64,000 bases of DNA from Vicinamibacterales bacterium (GTDB lineage: Bacteria > Acidobacteriota > Vicinamibacteria > Vicinamibacterales > UBA8438), in assembly GCA_965249105.1 (NCBI GenBank), contig OZ252219.1:1173914-1237913 (forward strand). Reading direction: 5' to 3'. Shown piece after piece: positions 8,824 through 18,122 of this stretch. Each line of letters starts with the position of its first letter. Position 1 is the stretch's first letter. The position numbers and the translations under genes were made by a program. The notes under the pieces were generated by a model. The model did no database searches. It worked only from the letters and a program-made list of their open reading frames with translations, and was not told where the DNA came from.

Positions 8824-9963
8824 CTACGTGACGAGGCGCATGAGTTGGTCAGCGGTGAGTGCGAGCACGCCGAACATGCAGTGGCACATCACCTTCGCCG
8901 GGCCGCGGACCCGGACATGGCGACCGCCGAATTCGTCCTTGAGGCGGCCATTGACCCGCTCAACGGCCGTGCGTTCGTTGTAGCGAACGTCCTCCGGAAG
9001 CTGGAAGCCAAGCACCTGTCGGCGCCGAGCTTCCGCTTGGCGTTCTTCCTTCAGCGCCGTGTTGCGGCGCGTGTTGATGTCGATCAGCGGAACGTGGTTC
9101 AGCGAACGGCTGTGTGCCCGAATCTCCTGCGCATCGTAGGCGGCGTCCATCACGTCGTACAGATTGGTGCTCCGCTCGGCGGACAGGGTTGCGAGCGGAA
9201 TAGCGGCCTGGCTGTCATGAAGGGAGGCAGTGGTCAGTAGGCAGCTGATGGGGATCTGGCCATCGGCCACATCGATATGCAGCTTGTAGCCGACCCAGGT
9301 TTCCTTGTAGCCCTTGCTGTTCTTTTTCGTCCCGACATCGCAGGCCGTCGGGAGATCAGCGAGCATCTCCGGCTTGGTCATGGTGCCCTGCCGCTGCAGA
9401 CGCGTGGGCTCGTGAGGGCGCTCCTCTCCCTTCTTCGGTCGTCCCCGCTTCCGCTGCGAGGGCGCGGGCGGCTTGTCCTTCGTGGCGGGCTTCTCGCGTG
9501 CCGCAATCGCGGTGGAGTCTCGCGAGAGATGACCGACCAATCGGTCGTGATGCGTCTTCTGGATGACCGTCTCGTGCACGCGCAGAGGCAACTGCGTGGT
9601 CGCAAACTCGTCGAAGGCGTGTGAGAACAAGGATTCGCTCGGGACCTGGCGCCTAGTCTCCCAGCCGCAGATCCGGCGCAAGGGTCGATCGGTGGCCAGC
9701 CGATCGAGCAGCCTGCGTGTCGTCGGCAGGTCGTAGACGGCCTTGGCGACAAACGCGCGGGCGACGGCCGCGCGATCCTTGCGAGGTCGGCCGGGCATGC
9801 GGACGCGTCGGGGAATGTGGTCCTCGACCCGGATGACCTCCAAGGTCTGCACGAACTGCTGCTGTTTCTCCGTGAGTGGTCCCAGCTCTTCCTCCAGCCA
9901 TGGAAAGAGTGCGGTCTGAATGGACAGCCAGTGTGGTGCGAAGCACTCTCGGAGACGGCTCAT
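8824..9963 (-). CDS. DDE transposase, IS4/IS5 superfamily (IS1182-like), about 379 aa
   Basis: N-terminal DUF772-like region (GRPRKDRAAVARAFVAKAVYDLPTTRRLLDRL...RRICGW) and DDE core (GYKLHIDVADGQIPIS...DAAYDA). Start set at MSRLRE. Confidence 0.75.
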   Translation of the reverse strand: MSRLRECFAPHWLSIQTALFPWLEEELGPLTEKQQQFVQTLEVIRVEDHIPRRVRMPGRPRKDRAAVARAFVAKAVYDLPTTRRLLDRLATDRPLRRICGWETRRQVPSESLFSHAFDEFATTQLPLRVHETVIQKTHHDRLVGHLSRDSTAIAAREKPATKDKPPAPSQRKRGRPKKGEERPHEPTRLQRQGTMTKPEMLADLPTACDVGTKKNSKGYKETWVGYKLHIDVADGQIPISCLLTTASLHDSQAAIPLATLSAERSTNLYDVMDAAYDAQEIRAHSRSLNHVPLIDINTRRNTALKEERQAEARRRQVLGFQLPEDVRYNERTAVERVNGRLKDEFGGRHVRVRGPAKVMCHCMFGVLALTADQLMRLVT

Positions 9964-10026
9964 TTTCTTCTTGACTCCTGGGGCCAGGTCTAGCAGTATA
10001 ACAACTGCTAGACCGAATGGCACGAC

Positions 10027-10374
10027 ATGCCCACCCGTGACCCAACAACCGACACGCAGCGCTACGACGCGCTCAAGCGCACCGTCGCTGAGGTGGGATT
10101 GCTTCGACGTGGCAGCCTCGTGCAACGTTTCATGCCGTGCGGCAAGCCGAACTGCCGCTGCCAAGCGACGCCCCCGCAGCTACACGGGCCGTACTATCAG
10201 TGGACCCGCAAGGTCCGCGGCAAGACCGTCACCGTCCGTCTCACCGAGCAGCAAGCCGAGCGTGTCCGGGACTGGATCGAGAACGGCCGACAGCTAGACC
10301 GAATCGTTGTGGAAATGGAGACGTTGTCGCTGCGGATGACTGAGCGCCTGCTTCGTCAGCTCACGCCTGTGTGA
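10027..10374 (+). CDS. small Zn-ribbon-like protein (DUF6788-like), divergent from the transposase inside the IS
   Basis: CGKPNCRCQATPPQLHGPYYQWTRKVRGKTVTVRL. I recall this motif from transposase-adjacent genes; the family assignment is from memory. Confidence 0.5.
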   Translation: MPTRDPTTDTQRYDALKRTVAEVGLLRRGSLVQRFMPCGKPNCRCQATPPQLHGPYYQWTRKVRGKTVTVRLTEQQAERVRDWIENGRQLDRIVVEMETLSLRMTERLLRQLTPV

Positions 10375-10438
10375 TGTGGCCCGCACCGTGCGCAAGCCGC
10401 CAAAAAACTTCTCTACGCGCAGGGTTTTGCAAGTGCCT

Positions 10439-10479
10439 CCCGGGTTAAAACTTTTGTGACGATACGTGTGCCACCTCTG
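10439..10479 (+). repeat. CCGGGAT-TIR element copy A, displaced right terminus (Z-type end)
   Basis: cccgggttaaaacttttgtgacgatacgtgtgccacctctg is identical to 59781-59821 of copy B. Confidence 0.8.
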
Positions 10480-10768
10480 TGCGAAGCAGAACGGGTACGT
10501 CGAATCGTTCAACGGCAAGTTGCGGGATGAACTCCTCGACCGGGAGATCTTTTACACGCTGACGGAAGCCCAGATCTTGATCGAACGGTGGCGGCGGGAG
10601 TACAACACCGTGCGGCCCCACAGTGCACTGGGCTACCGCCCACCGGCGCCGGATGCGATCATGCCGGCTGCGCTCAGGAGCGTAGATGAGTCCAGCTCTC
10701 TCATAACAAGTGGTACAACCATGGGGGGCAGGTCACCACCCGCTCCGACTTCGCTTGACGGCTGTTGA
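10480..10768 (+). pseudogene. IS3-family (IS407-like) OrfB C-terminal fragment
   Basis: QNGYVESFNGKLRDELLDREIFYTLTEAQILIERWRREYNTVRPHSALGYRPPAP. It starts at the repeat end. Confidence 0.75.
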
Positions 10769-10782
10769 GCGACGTGAAACTG

Positions 10783-12426
10783 CTAATCATTCAGATAGGA
10801 GGGGAGGGTGGTTATCCGGGTGTCCTCGATGGGACCGCCGATCGTGAAATGGTAGAGGTCTTGGTACGTTCGGTCTCGGATGCCAAGGATCTGGTGCATG
10901 GAGTCGTCGAAGTAGCACCCGATGCCGGTACTCCGAATGCCGGCAGCTTCAGCTTCTAGGTAGAGCACCTGGCCTATCATCCCCGCTTCCCAGAACAGGC
11001 GAGGATAGAACCAGGGACCGTGGCGTTTAAGGGGTTCCTCGTACTTCGCAATCATCCCAAGACTGAAGCACCCATCGCTTGCAATGTCTTGGAAACACGA
11101 TACTTGCTGGGCAGTTTGCTGGGCATCAGTTTCGGTGAGGCAATACAGCTCCAGCTGCGGCGGACATCCGATGGGTTGCTTCCAGTGATCAGCGTTAGTC
11201 AACGCTTCTTCGAGCGCGCTCCTCTGTGACGCGTCGCGCACTAGGACGTACAGGCCAGAGGGAAGATCATCCACGCGGTGAACAAGAAGGGCCAAGTGAA
11301 TGTGCGGAGTCCACGGAAGCGTGTTGAAGGGAACGCTTCCCGGAACCGCGATGATCTTTCGGAGAATTCGATAGAACGTGTCTCGCGTCATACGAGTCTT
11401 TCTATCCATCGCCACCGCGCTGCGGCGCTGACGAATAACCTTCCGCAGTGAGACAGGCCGACAGTCCACGGACCACGACGTCGAGGGACTTTCCAGGCGC
11501 TCATACTGCTGCCGACCTCGCGGCTTCCGGACGGCGGCTGCCGTGTTCTCGATACCCCAGTCGAGGTGAGACGGGCTCAACTGATTGGCGCTGCCTCGCC
11601 AGTCAAGCGACCGGAACGCTTGGATCTGATCGTCCCGCAGCTTTATGGGCTGCAGGTCTTTGTTATACGGACTTACCGCCATGAGCACATCTGGCTCTTC
11701 CGACTCGGCATCGTCATCCCGATCTGTGCCCAGAAGCAGCGCCAACGCATCTGTGCCCATGTCGTCCAGGATCCGCGTCTGCCACCCCAGGCCAGAGGCA
11801 GCGATACTGATAGCGCCAATGGCATGACCAGCATCGTGCTGACAGTAGCGATACGCCCGCTGACCATACTTCCAGGCTTCTCGCCAATGAATGGACGTCA
11901 GTCCTATCAGAAACGTGTGCGCCGACGCGCCGGCGCACAGTGCGGCCCACAGTCCCAACTCAAACTCCGCCCGCACCTCCAACCCGTGTTCCTTCGGTGC
12001 GTAGTGGCACACCAAGGGCGTATCGCAAAGTCCCCTGATCGGACCGCAGATCAGATAGCCCTCGGTGGGATGTAGATTGCCACTGGATGGATTGACGCGC
12101 AGCGCCCAACTCGCCTCACCCGTGCTCTTCCACGCCGATATCGCCAAGCTGTCGTAGAAAAGCTGCGAGATGGTCCGCAGCGTCACCGGCGCAGGCAGTA
12201 TCCTGCCGAGAGCAAAGGCGTCATCGTATCGCGGCTCATCCGTCGTCGGGACTTTCTCGAGGGGCACGAGGCGCGCGCCAGAATACCGACGAAAAGGGTT
12301 TGGCTGAGTCGCCCAATCCAAATAGCCGGGTCCGCTGGCATAACCCTCAACGTGATGTTTGGTGATGTCGTGATAGTGGAACACCCGCTGAAGCGCGTCT
12401 AGGTTGGTCTCGGAATCGCTGTTCAT
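10783..12426 (-). CDS. SagB/ThcOx-type tandem nitroreductase-fold dehydrogenase (547 aa)
   Basis: Two nitroreductase-like halves (RVNPSSGNLHPTEGY... and ...YRYCQHDAGHAIG; C-terminal YPRLFWEAGMIGQVLYLEAEAAGIRSTGIGCYFDD). Confidence 0.7.
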   Translation of the reverse strand: MNSDSETNLDALQRVFHYHDITKHHVEGYASGPGYLDWATQPNPFRRYSGARLVPLEKVPTTDEPRYDDAFALGRILPAPVTLRTISQLFYDSLAISAWKSTGEASWALRVNPSSGNLHPTEGYLICGPIRGLCDTPLVCHYAPKEHGLEVRAEFELGLWAALCAGASAHTFLIGLTSIHWREAWKYGQRAYRYCQHDAGHAIGAISIAASGLGWQTRILDDMGTDALALLLGTDRDDDAESEEPDVLMAVSPYNKDLQPIKLRDDQIQAFRSLDWRGSANQLSPSHLDWGIENTAAAVRKPRGRQQYERLESPSTSWSVDCRPVSLRKVIRQRRSAVAMDRKTRMTRDTFYRILRKIIAVPGSVPFNTLPWTPHIHLALLVHRVDDLPSGLYVLVRDASQRSALEEALTNADHWKQPIGCPPQLELYCLTETDAQQTAQQVSCFQDIASDGCFSLGMIAKYEEPLKRHGPWFYPRLFWEAGMIGQVLYLEAEAAGIRSTGIGCYFDDSMHQILGIRDRTYQDLYHFTIGGPIEDTRITTLPSYLND

Positions 12427-12592
12427 CTGGCGGCTCTAGGATTCGACGCTCACGGACACTGCCCGCGGCTCTCACTTCCTCTCATCCTACAGTTGGTACG
12501 CTCGCCAGTCTGCGATCAGCGTTGGGCTGGGCGACCGTTCACTGCCAGACCGACCGCCGTCTAGATGCTCCAACCGCTAGAATGTCCAGGCT

Positions 12593-13423
12593 GTGAAGCT
12601 TGTCGTCTTCTATCCAGACGAGTCCTTTCTCGAACGGGCCGAGGAAGCATGGCAGCGCTTTGTGGAACAGGTCCAACCACCGCCGGTCGAGGTCACTGAC
12701 ATCTACTGGGGGTCGGCTCCTCAACCGCCGGCCGACGCGATGGCTAAGGCTGAGGTGGTCCAAGACCTACTAGATGACCCACGCCTGATTCTGCGGCTTT
12801 CAGCACAGTTCTTTCGGCTTGATCCATCCAGCCAGATGGTGACACTCCTTCACGAAACGATCCGCATGAACCTGGAGCTCACGGGGAAACGCGTCCAACG
12901 GGCCGACGATTTGTCCCAGGGTCATTTCCAAGGTAAGACGAGGTCCGAGCGGGCGTTTGAGACCCAACGCATCCAGCTTGCGCGAGGTTTGTATTTGTTC
13001 CCCGACGAGGTCATGGCCGAGAGACACTTACAGCAAGACTACCCAACATTCGCTGCTGACCGAGTCGGCCATTACAACGACGTCCAGGGGCGGGCCTCGC
13101 AGAACCGTGACTACGAGGCCGCAGAGCCTGGTCTAGAGTGGCCCGCCGCCCTCTGGTATTGGCTCCGCAATAAGCTGGGGGTTCTCATCGCCACCACGGA
13201 CGAATTTGGGACCGCCTTCGGTGACCGTGCTGCCTTCTTCGACGCCCGACTTCGGGACCTGCTGCCGGGCGATCAATATCGCAGGGTGACTGGATTGGGT
13301 CGTAGGCTCTTAGCAGCGGGGTCCGGCTCTCCTTCGCTAGATGAGGAGGCCGCAGGAGAGTTGTTCAGGCTGGTCGTCGATATCACGTATCGGCCGGCCG
13401 CCCAGTTGAAAAGTTCGCCATGA
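12593..13423 (+). CDS. hypothetical protein (276 aa)
   Basis: Long ORF divergent from the SagB-like gene. No motif recognised (HETIR is not HExxH). Confidence 0.45.
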   Translation: MKLVVFYPDESFLERAEEAWQRFVEQVQPPPVEVTDIYWGSAPQPPADAMAKAEVVQDLLDDPRLILRLSAQFFRLDPSSQMVTLLHETIRMNLELTGKRVQRADDLSQGHFQGKTRSERAFETQRIQLARGLYLFPDEVMAERHLQQDYPTFAADRVGHYNDVQGRASQNRDYEAAEPGLEWPAALWYWLRNKLGVLIATTDEFGTAFGDRAAFFDARLRDLLPGDQYRRVTGLGRRLLAAGSGSPSLDEEAAGELFRLVVDITYRPAAQLKSSP

Positions 13424-13614
13424 GCTAGATGCACCGAAAACCTGTGAGGGATCGGCGGCCGCCCCGGCGGTGGGTCACCACGCAGCTGAAACTCCTCCTC
13501 GCGGTATCCCCGGAAGCCGATCACGTTCCGGCTCATGTCAGAAGAGGTATTTCTGAGACACCTCTCCGGGAGGGCGAAAGTGGTCTCAAAGTAGCGTGAA
13601 ACGGCGTGGCGAAG

Positions 13615-13845
13615 GCACTGTCAAGTTAACGAGTCCGGGCCATATGAGGGCAAGCTAATCTGAGATCAGGCTGCTGTCACCGCGGTCCACACCGTGAGAG
13701 TTCGTGCCCGCAACATTCGATGATGAACCGATCTCAGCCGGTGCCGACCTACTCGAAACAGATTTTGAATGACGCCGTGAACGCGCAAGAACCGCTGCGC
13801 GTGGTCGGATGACGTGAAGCCCCGTAGTGTGCCAAAACTCGGCCG
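13615..13845 (-). pseudogene. IS6-family IS right-end fragment (IR plus transposase C-terminus)
   Basis: IR ggcactgtcaagttaac at 13615. Tnp tail is RGFTSSDHAQRFLRVHGVIQNLFRVGRH. Confidence 0.6.
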
Positions 13846-13850
13846 ACCAC

Positions 13851-14255
13851 TCACGCGGCTCGATAGTAGAAATTGAGCAGTCCGCCGAGACACTCCCGAC
13901 GTCTGATATCTGCTGTCAGACAGACGGGCGGCGGTGCTCGCTCAAGTAGCTGATTCTCGCATCCCTGATGATTCCGTTCGCGGTGGTAATGCTCGACGTA
14001 CTCGTGGACGAGGCATCGGAGATGGCTCTCACCGAGCGGCACCACGCGATGGAGACACTCATCCTTGATCGACCGGACGAACCGCTCCGCATACGCGTTG
14101 AGATTCGGACTCCGGGCTGGGAGACGGACCGGGTGGACACCGCCGCTTCTGAGAATCTCCTCGACGACCCTCGTGTACAACGGATCGCGGTCGTGAATCA
14201 GATGGTGTGAGGCTCGCAGAAAGCCCTCGTCTGGATCGGTCAGATTCAGTACCAT
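13851..14255 (-). pseudogene. rve-domain (integrase-core) transposase, C-terminal part; upstream part degenerate and cut by IS256
   Basis: DRDPLYT...[51 protein letters not shown]. Confidence 0.7.
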
Positions 14256-14349
14256 CGAGAGGCCGCGTGAACGGTCGGCCGATTAATGGCACGGTACGCG
14301 GTTCTCCAGCAGCTCCGACCACGTCTGGAGGAGCTTGGATCGCAGTCGC

Positions 14350-15781
14350 GAGTGTGAGCGAAACTTAGTTGGAAATTGAAGCGGCTCCAAACCCTGTGGT
14401 TTGATGACGTTTGAGAAGACGGACATCAGCCCACGAGAGAAAGGAGCCGAGATGAGCAGTGTCCTACGATCGGTCAGGAAGCGCAAGAAAGGTCACACGT
14501 TGGGCGCGGTCGACGTCATCGACCGAGAGGAGTACGCCGAGCTGGAGGTCGATGCCAAGGTGGCGTTGATCCGGTCGTTGGTTCCGCTGGGCTTGATGCA
14601 CATCGAGGAGTTGCTCGACGAGGAAGTGACCGCGCTGGCTGGCGAGCGCTACGCCCGCAAAGCCCCGTCAGTCGGCGGGCGCCGTCATGGCAGCAACCCC
14701 GGGACGGTCGGGTTGGCCGGCCAGCGCGTGCCGATTCGCGTGCCCCGGATTCGCCATGTCACGGAGCGCGAGATTCCCCTGCGGTCGTACGAGGCGCTGC
14801 ATGGCGATCGCGCCGTCAACGACCTGTTGCTGCGGCGCGTGCTGTATGGGATCTCGTGCCGCAACTACGCGGCGGCCGCCGAGGCGATTCCCAGGGCGAT
14901 CGGCCTATCGGGGTCGACGGTGTCCCGCGCGTTCATTCAGGCCAGCGCGACGAAACTCCGCGAGCTCCAGGAGCGGGACCTCTCCGGGGAGGACGTCGTG
15001 GCCCTCGTGCTGGACGGCAAGACGTTCGCCGAGGCGACGATGGTCGTCGCGCTGGGCATCACGATGACGGGGGACAAACGGTTCCTGGGCGTCGTCGAGA
15101 CGGACACGGAGACCGAGAAGGTGTTGACCCCGTTCCTCCGGTCATTGGTCGAGCGGGGCCTCGATGTCTCCCAGGGGCTTCTGGTGATCGTGGATGGCGG
15201 CAAGGGGCTCCGGGCGGCCGTGCGGAAAGCCTTCCGCCACCGCGCCCTGGTGCAACGGTGTCAGTGGCACACGCGCGAGAACGTGGTGAGTTACGTGGCC
15301 AAGCGTGAGCAGCCGGTGTGGCGGCAGCGTCTCCAGCGCGCCTACAACCGTCCGGAGTACGACGAGGCCCTCGCCGCCCTCAAGTCGCTCCAGCATGAGC
15401 TGGAGGATCGGAACCAATCCGCGGCCGGCAGTCTGGCGGAAGGCCTCGACGAGACCCTGACGTTGCATCGCCTCGGGGTGTACGGTGTGCTGGGCCGGTC
15501 GCTGAAGACGACGAACAGCCTCGAGTCCATCAACGCGCTCATTGAGGAGCGCTGTGCGAAGGTCGATCACTGGCAGCACTCGAGTCAACGCCATCGCTGG
15601 CTGGCCACTGCGCTCCTGGACATCGAGCCACGCCTGCGCAAGGTGAGGGGCTACCGGCACCTGCCCAGGCTTCGTGACGCATTGAAGCGAGAGCTGAAGA
15701 TCGACACGACGACGTCGACGAAGAAAGCCGCGTAAGCAATCAGGAGCCGCGGAGAGTTTCAACTAGGAATGGGCTTGACTC
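14350..15781 (+). mobile_element. IS256-family IS, copy 3 (1432 bp)
   Basis: Same ends. Flanks gcagtcgc and ggtatccg give no TSD. Confidence 0.9.
14452..15735 (+). CDS. IS256 family transposase
   Basis: Identical in protein to copy 2. Confidence 0.9.
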   Translation: MSSVLRSVRKRKKGHTLGAVDVIDREEYAELEVDAKVALIRSLVPLGLMHIEELLDEEVTALAGERYARKAPSVGGRRHGSNPGTVGLAGQRVPIRVPRIRHVTEREIPLRSYEALHGDRAVNDLLLRRVLYGISCRNYAAAAEAIPRAIGLSGSTVSRAFIQASATKLRELQERDLSGEDVVALVLDGKTFAEATMVVALGITMTGDKRFLGVVETDTETEKVLTPFLRSLVERGLDVSQGLLVIVDGGKGLRAAVRKAFRHRALVQRCQWHTRENVVSYVAKREQPVWRQRLQRAYNRPEYDEALAALKSLQHELEDRNQSAAGSLAEGLDETLTLHRLGVYGVLGRSLKTTNSLESINALIEERCAKVDHWQHSSQRHRWLATALLDIEPRLRKVRGYRHLPRLRDALKRELKIDTTTSTKKAA

Positions 15782-16055
15782 GGTATCCGATTCGACATGG
15801 GTGGGGATTATGGGGAATGACGCCTACGCCACGATGCCATGCACCGCCCCTCCAGACTCAGCGCGGGCACATCCACGTTCAACGCGGGCTCCCAGCAATA
15901 CTAACCCGGCGACGGGCGTGTCAAGGAACCCTCAATTTCCCCCGGTAAGATAAGGGGTAGATTGCTTGTAGTCACTTGATTAGAATGCTCTTCGTTTCCT
16001 CTTGAAACGAATATGGCATGTGAAGATGACTTTGAATGAGGAGTACGGGGTCCAG

Positions 16056-18122
16056 ATGAAGAAGTTTAAGTATATGTCTGTTGCGATGGGGATCTTAATG
16101 TTTCCTGTCGGCCTTGTAGGGCAAGAGTCTGCCAGCGACCGTAAGTATTCTGAACAGGACTGGCCGTTCGTCGGGGGTGACTGGTCGAGTTCACGGTACT
16201 CGACACTCTCAGATATTTCGACCGAAACCGTGGACCGGCTGAGTGGTGCGTGGGTGACGAGGCTCGAGGGCGGCGCCTCTCCACGAGCAACACCTGTCGT
16301 GAACGATGGCATCATCTATCTCACAGCCGGAGCAAACATCTTTGCAGTTGATGGTGCGACCGGTGAGACCGTGTGGAGGTGGCAGCCAGGTAGTTCTGAA
16401 TCCGAATTGCGGAGGGTTCCGTCGTGGCAAGGTGTCGGTCTAGGAGAGGACCTTATCTTTGTCGGACTGCGAAGCGCTGAAGTAGCAGCGCTTCGACAAG
16501 ACACAGGAGAGCTAGTGTGGGCCGAACCAGTCGGCAGTATTCCTGCACAGCACGGTGAGACTGTCACGACTGCCCCGATGTATGCGGGGGGCAAGGTGTT
16601 TGTCGGATTGGCCAATGGAGATGCTGGAGGGCAGGGGCGCATCGTTGCCCTTGATGCCAAGACAGGCGAAAAAGCGTGGACATTTTTTGTAGTGCCACGC
16701 CCAGGTGAATTCGGACATGACACATGGCCTCAAGACTCAGACATATGGAAGCTTGGTGGTGGTGGTGTCTGGTTGAACGGAACGGTGGACCCTGAACTCG
16801 GTCTGGTCTACTTCGCTACGGGTAATCCGGCCCCGATGTTCGGAGGGGAGCTTCGCGAGGGGGACAACTTGTTTACGGCGTCGATTCTCGCGCTCGACAT
16901 CGAGACGGGTGAGCGGCAGTGGCACTACCAAGTGGTCCGTCACGACATCTGGGACGCTGATATAGCAACGCCGATGCTCTTGTATGAGACTCAACTCGAT
17001 GGACAGACACGAAAAGCTGTGGCCGCGATGCGAGCCGATGGTTATCTTTTCCAGCTAGATCGGGAAACGGGGGAGCCAATCGTACCAATCGAAGAACGGG
17101 AAGTCCCCCAGGACCCATTTCTGAAGACAGCGCCGACGCAACCATTCCCTCTGTCGGACAGCATCTTGCCAGACTGTTCGTTTTGGCGAGACCAGGTACC
17201 GCCACCGTTCCAACTCAGCTGTAGTAGCTACACGCCACCGTCGCTCGATCAACACGCCGTCGTCGCACCGAGCGTGCCGATTCCGATGGTGCGGGTGACA
17301 CCGATGTCGTTCAGTCCCCAGACGGGCTACATCTATGCGCAGGGTCGCGCGCACGTGGGACGTGCCCGGCGAGTATCGGACCCATGGATTGCCGATAACC
17401 GACCAGGCGGCTATGACCGTCTGACGCTACCGGCGTCGACTGGCATTCTGGCGGCCGTGGATGGCCGGACTGGTCGGATCGCGTGGAAGCAGGAGTTTTC
17501 AGGTGGGCGACTCGGACTCAGCGGTCCGCTCACGACGGCCGGCAATCTGATGTTCTGGGGTTCTGCCGACGGACAGGTAGAAGCTTACGACGCGCGAACT
17601 GGCGAGCGCGTCTGGGCGTTCCAGACACTGGCCTCCGAGACACGGCTTCGACCGGGACCGGCGTCGACCTATGCTGTGGGCGGCCGGCAATTCGTCGTGA
17701 TTTCGATGGGACCGGAAATCTGGGCGTTCGCGTTGGACGGCACGGTGTCGGCGCGAAGTGCACCCGACTCGATAGAACTAGACGATTTAACCCGCTGGGT
17801 CGGCCCTGCCCCAAGACCGGTCGATACGATAGAGACCGCCATGCTCCGAGATTCCTGCTGCCCGGTCGGCGGTGAGCGGAACGCGATCGATGAATACGCG
17901 TTCAACCCACTTCGTGCTCGCCTGAGTGTCGGGGACCGTGTGCGATTCGTTAACAACGGTGAAATCGCACACACCGTCGCCTCACGTGACGGCAGTTGGA
18001 CCACAAACACGTTGGCACCTGGCATGTTTGAGTACGTGACCCTTGAGGAACCAGGAACGTTCCTTTATCACTGCACGGATCATCCTTGGTCGATTGGAGA
18101 GATTACGGTAGACCCAAGATAA
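16056..18122 (+). CDS. PQQ-dependent dehydrogenase (8-bladed propeller) fused to a C-terminal cupredoxin-like domain
   Basis: Signal peptide MKKFKYMSVAMGILMFPVGLVG. Quinoprotein motifs present (RHDIWDADIATP, GGGVW). C-terminus is VRFVNNGEIAHTV...FLYHCTDHPWSIGEITV, matching Y.C..H..M.G.I.V with Ser in place of Met. Confidence 0.8.
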   Translation: MKKFKYMSVAMGILMFPVGLVGQESASDRKYSEQDWPFVGGDWSSSRYSTLSDISTETVDRLSGAWVTRLEGGASPRATPVVNDGIIYLTAGANIFAVDGATGETVWRWQPGSSESELRRVPSWQGVGLGEDLIFVGLRSAEVAALRQDTGELVWAEPVGSIPAQHGETVTTAPMYAGGKVFVGLANGDAGGQGRIVALDAKTGEKAWTFFVVPRPGEFGHDTWPQDSDIWKLGGGGVWLNGTVDPELGLVYFATGNPAPMFGGELREGDNLFTASILALDIETGERQWHYQVVRHDIWDADIATPMLLYETQLDGQTRKAVAAMRADGYLFQLDRETGEPIVPIEEREVPQDPFLKTAPTQPFPLSDSILPDCSFWRDQVPPPFQLSCSSYTPPSLDQHAVVAPSVPIPMVRVTPMSFSPQTGYIYAQGRAHVGRARRVSDPWIADNRPGGYDRLTLPASTGILAAVDGRTGRIAWKQEFSGGRLGLSGPLTTAGNLMFWGSADGQVEAYDARTGERVWAFQTLASETRLRPGPASTYAVGGRQFVVISMGPEIWAFALDGTVSARSAPDSIELDDLTRWVGPAPRPVDTIETAMLRDSCCPVGGERNAIDEYAFNPLRARLSVGDRVRFVNNGEIAHTVASRDGSWTTNTLAPGMFEYVTLEEPGTFLYHCTDHPWSIGEITVDPR

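Larger units (their letters stand above)
8618..10438 (-). mobile_element. IS1182/IS5-like IS inserted into the right TIR of repeat copy A
   Basis: 15-bp IRs aggcacttgcaaaac and gttttgcaagtgcct. Flanked by cccggg on both sides (8612-8617 and 10439-10444). Confidence 0.75.
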
